Positions 45,289 through 46,805 of a DNA stretch of 46,805 nt are shown here, piece after piece. The position numbers and the translations under genes were made by a program. Source of the stretch: Betaproteobacteria bacterium RIFCSPLOWO2_12_FULL_64_23 (GTDB lineage: Bacteria > Pseudomonadota > Gammaproteobacteria > Burkholderiales > SG8-39). The notes beneath the pieces are model-generated. The model worked only from the letters and a program-made list of their open reading frames with translations, made no database searches and was not told the origin of the DNA. The stretch's first letter is position 1. Every line of letters starts with the position of its first letter. The stretch spans positions 1 to 46,805 of the forward strand of contig MERK01000083.1 in NCBI GenBank assembly GCA_001770575.1, in the 5' to 3' direction.

Positions 45289-46805
45289 GCGCGCGCCTTC
45301 TCGCCCTGCCGCGATTTCTTAGCCGCGTGGTCCAGGGCCCTCAAGCCGGCGAGGATTTTCTCTGCGGAGAACGGCGTCGAGTGCAGCCTCACGCCCGTGG
45401 CGTCGTAGACGGCATTGCCCATGGCTGCGAGTATGCCTGAGATCAGCCCCTCGCCGACTTCTTTGGTACGGTAGGACTCACCGACACGATACTGCTCGGT
45501 GATGACGTCCGCATCCTCGGAGATGGCCATGTTGTGGATGGTAGGCATGCGGTAGTCCAGCCAGTTCGGGTTGAGCGTATAGCCGTCCTTGGTCAGCACT
45601 TCTTCCATGAAAGCGTGACCGAGCGCCATCGAGATCTGGCCGTCGATCTGCCCCTTCACCAGCGCCGGGTTGATGGGAAACCCGCAGTCGTGCACGGTGA
45701 GCGCACGTACCAGCTTCGCCTCGCCGGTCTCGATATCCACCTCGACCTCGGCCACCTGCGCGGAAAAGGCGTAGTTCTCGGTCCAGCGGCCCTTGGTGGT
45801 TGCCAGGCTCGGGTGCGTCGGCGCGTCGCGCATGGTGCGCCAGAAGCCCTCGCCGATGATGGTGTCGCCGCGATGGGTGGCGACGCTGGCGGCGATGATC
45901 TCGCGGTAAGTCATCTTCATGTCGGGATCGAGCCGGTGATAGACCACCTTGTCCCTGCACAGCAGGTTCTCCACCGGGACGTCCATTTTTTCCGCAGCAA
46001 CCTGCAGCAGTTTCTCGCGGGCGTTCCCCGCGGCCAGGCGCGCGGCGTTGCCGGTAACGTAGGTCATGCCGCTGATCCAGGCGCCGATGTCCTGCGGCGT
46101 GACGTCGGTGTCCGAAGAAATGATCTTCACGTCATCCATGCCGATGGAGAGTTCCTCGGCGACGATCTGGGAAATGACGGTTTCGGAGCCCTGGCCGATG
46201 TCGATCGCACCGGTGAGCACGATCGCGGAGCCGTCGTCGTTCATTTTGACGATGACGCCGGAGCCGTTCGGATAGATCAACGTGCCGCCCATGTAGGCCG
46301 AAGTGCCGATGCCTATGCCCCTGCGTATCGATCCGTTCGGAGTTGACTTGCGGTCGCGGCCGACCTTGGCGAGAAAATCGGATTTCTCGGCCGCCAAGGC
46401 GACGCAGGCGGCGAGTCCACCGCGGTGCGTGTTGTCGCCGTTGGGCAGCTGTTCGCCCGGCCCGCGGGCGTTGCGCATGCGGATGGTGATCGGGTCGATA
46501 CCCAGCGCCTCGGCAATCATGTCCATCTGCGACTCGATGGCGAAGCGGACCTTGGGCGCGCCGTGGCCGCGCTGCGGCGCGCGCACCGTGTGATTGGTGT
46601 AGACCGAGAGCCCCTCGTACTTCAGATTCGGGATGCGGTAGGGGATCATGGTGAATCCCCAGGCGAGGAAGATCACCACCACGCCGCTGCCACGGAACGC
46701 GCCGGCGTTGTTGATCGCGCGGATGCGCTGGGCGACGATGCTGCCGTCTTTCTTCACGCCAGTCTTGATTTCCAGGATCAGCGGCTGGGCGTGGCGGAAG
46801 GCGGA
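45285..46805 (-). CDS. Xanthine-oxidase family molybdopterin subunit, 4-hydroxybenzoyl-CoA reductase alpha-like (5' end outside window)
   Basis: RGHG (HcrA-like rather than XDH RGFG), TGAIDIGQGS, AQVAEVEVD.ETG, INP..V.GQI.G, DYRMPT and KEVGEG; the frame stays open to the window edge. Confidence 0.85.
   Translation of the reverse strand, partial: SAFRHAQPLILEIKTGVKKDGSIVAQRIRAINNAGAFRGSGVVVIFLAWGFTMIPYRIPNLKYEGLSVYTNHTVRAPQRGHGAPKVRFAIESQMDMIAEALGIDPITIRMRNARGPGEQLPNGDNTHRGGLAACVALAAEKSDFLAKVGRDRKSTPNGSIRRGIGIGTSAYMGGTLIYPNGSGVIVKMNDDGSAIVLTGAIDIGQGSETVISQIVAEELSIGMDDVKIISSDTDVTPQDIGAWISGMTYVTGNAARLAAGNAREKLLQVAAEKMDVPVENLLCRDKVVYHRLDPDMKMTYREIIAASVATHRGDTIIGEGFWRTMRDAPTHPSLATTKGRWTENYAFSAQVAEVEVDIETGEAKLVRALTVHDCGFPINPALVKGQIDGQISMALGHAFMEEVLTKDGYTLNPNWLDYRMPTIHNMAISEDADVITEQYRVGESYRTKEVGEGLISGILAAMGNAVYDATGVRLHSTPFSAEKILAGLRALDHAAKKSRQGEKARA

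Noticed and set aside
42301-46805. Selenocysteine recoding associated with yqeB/yqeC
   Set aside because: No in-frame TGA is needed in any of these ORFs; YqeB/YqeC concern labile cofactor selenium, not Sec.

Overview
High-GC proteobacterial-style window (probably a denitrifier-like betaproteobacterium; taxonomy is inferred, not shown) devoted almost entirely to anaerobic aromatic catabolism. Left: korAB (plus a partial ferritin-like gene) divergent from had-oah-dch-bcrCBAD-fdx, i.e. a Thauera-type class I benzoyl-CoA reductase pathway. Middle: hemerythrin plus tandem-GNAT operon, phenylacetate-CoA ligase, thioesterase, ADP-forming acyl-CoA synthetase, padBCD, an Lrp regulator, a Liv-type ABC transporter, badL/badM-like genes and a hybrid iorA-iorB::ferredoxin-korA-korB-korC operon. 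Right: a minus-strand operon with an HcrA-like molybdoenzyme (truncated by the window edge), a CoA ligase, the labile-selenium maturation genes yqeB/yqeC, two atypical old-yellow-enzyme flavoproteins, a DhbE/salicylate-type ligase, a stand-alone AbmA-like flavoprotein and two small unknown genes. This operon is the best candidate for an undescribed peripheral pathway. Non-coding highlights: a three-copy multi-hairpin element with compensatory stem changes and swapped module order; a 20-bp palindromic operator (3 copies, candidate BadM site) overlapping sigma70 -10 boxes; FNR-like boxes; a CRISPR-like repeat-spacer-repeat unit; and a livH::livF chimeric deletion scar. All family assignments come from recognising motifs by eye; no database searches were run.
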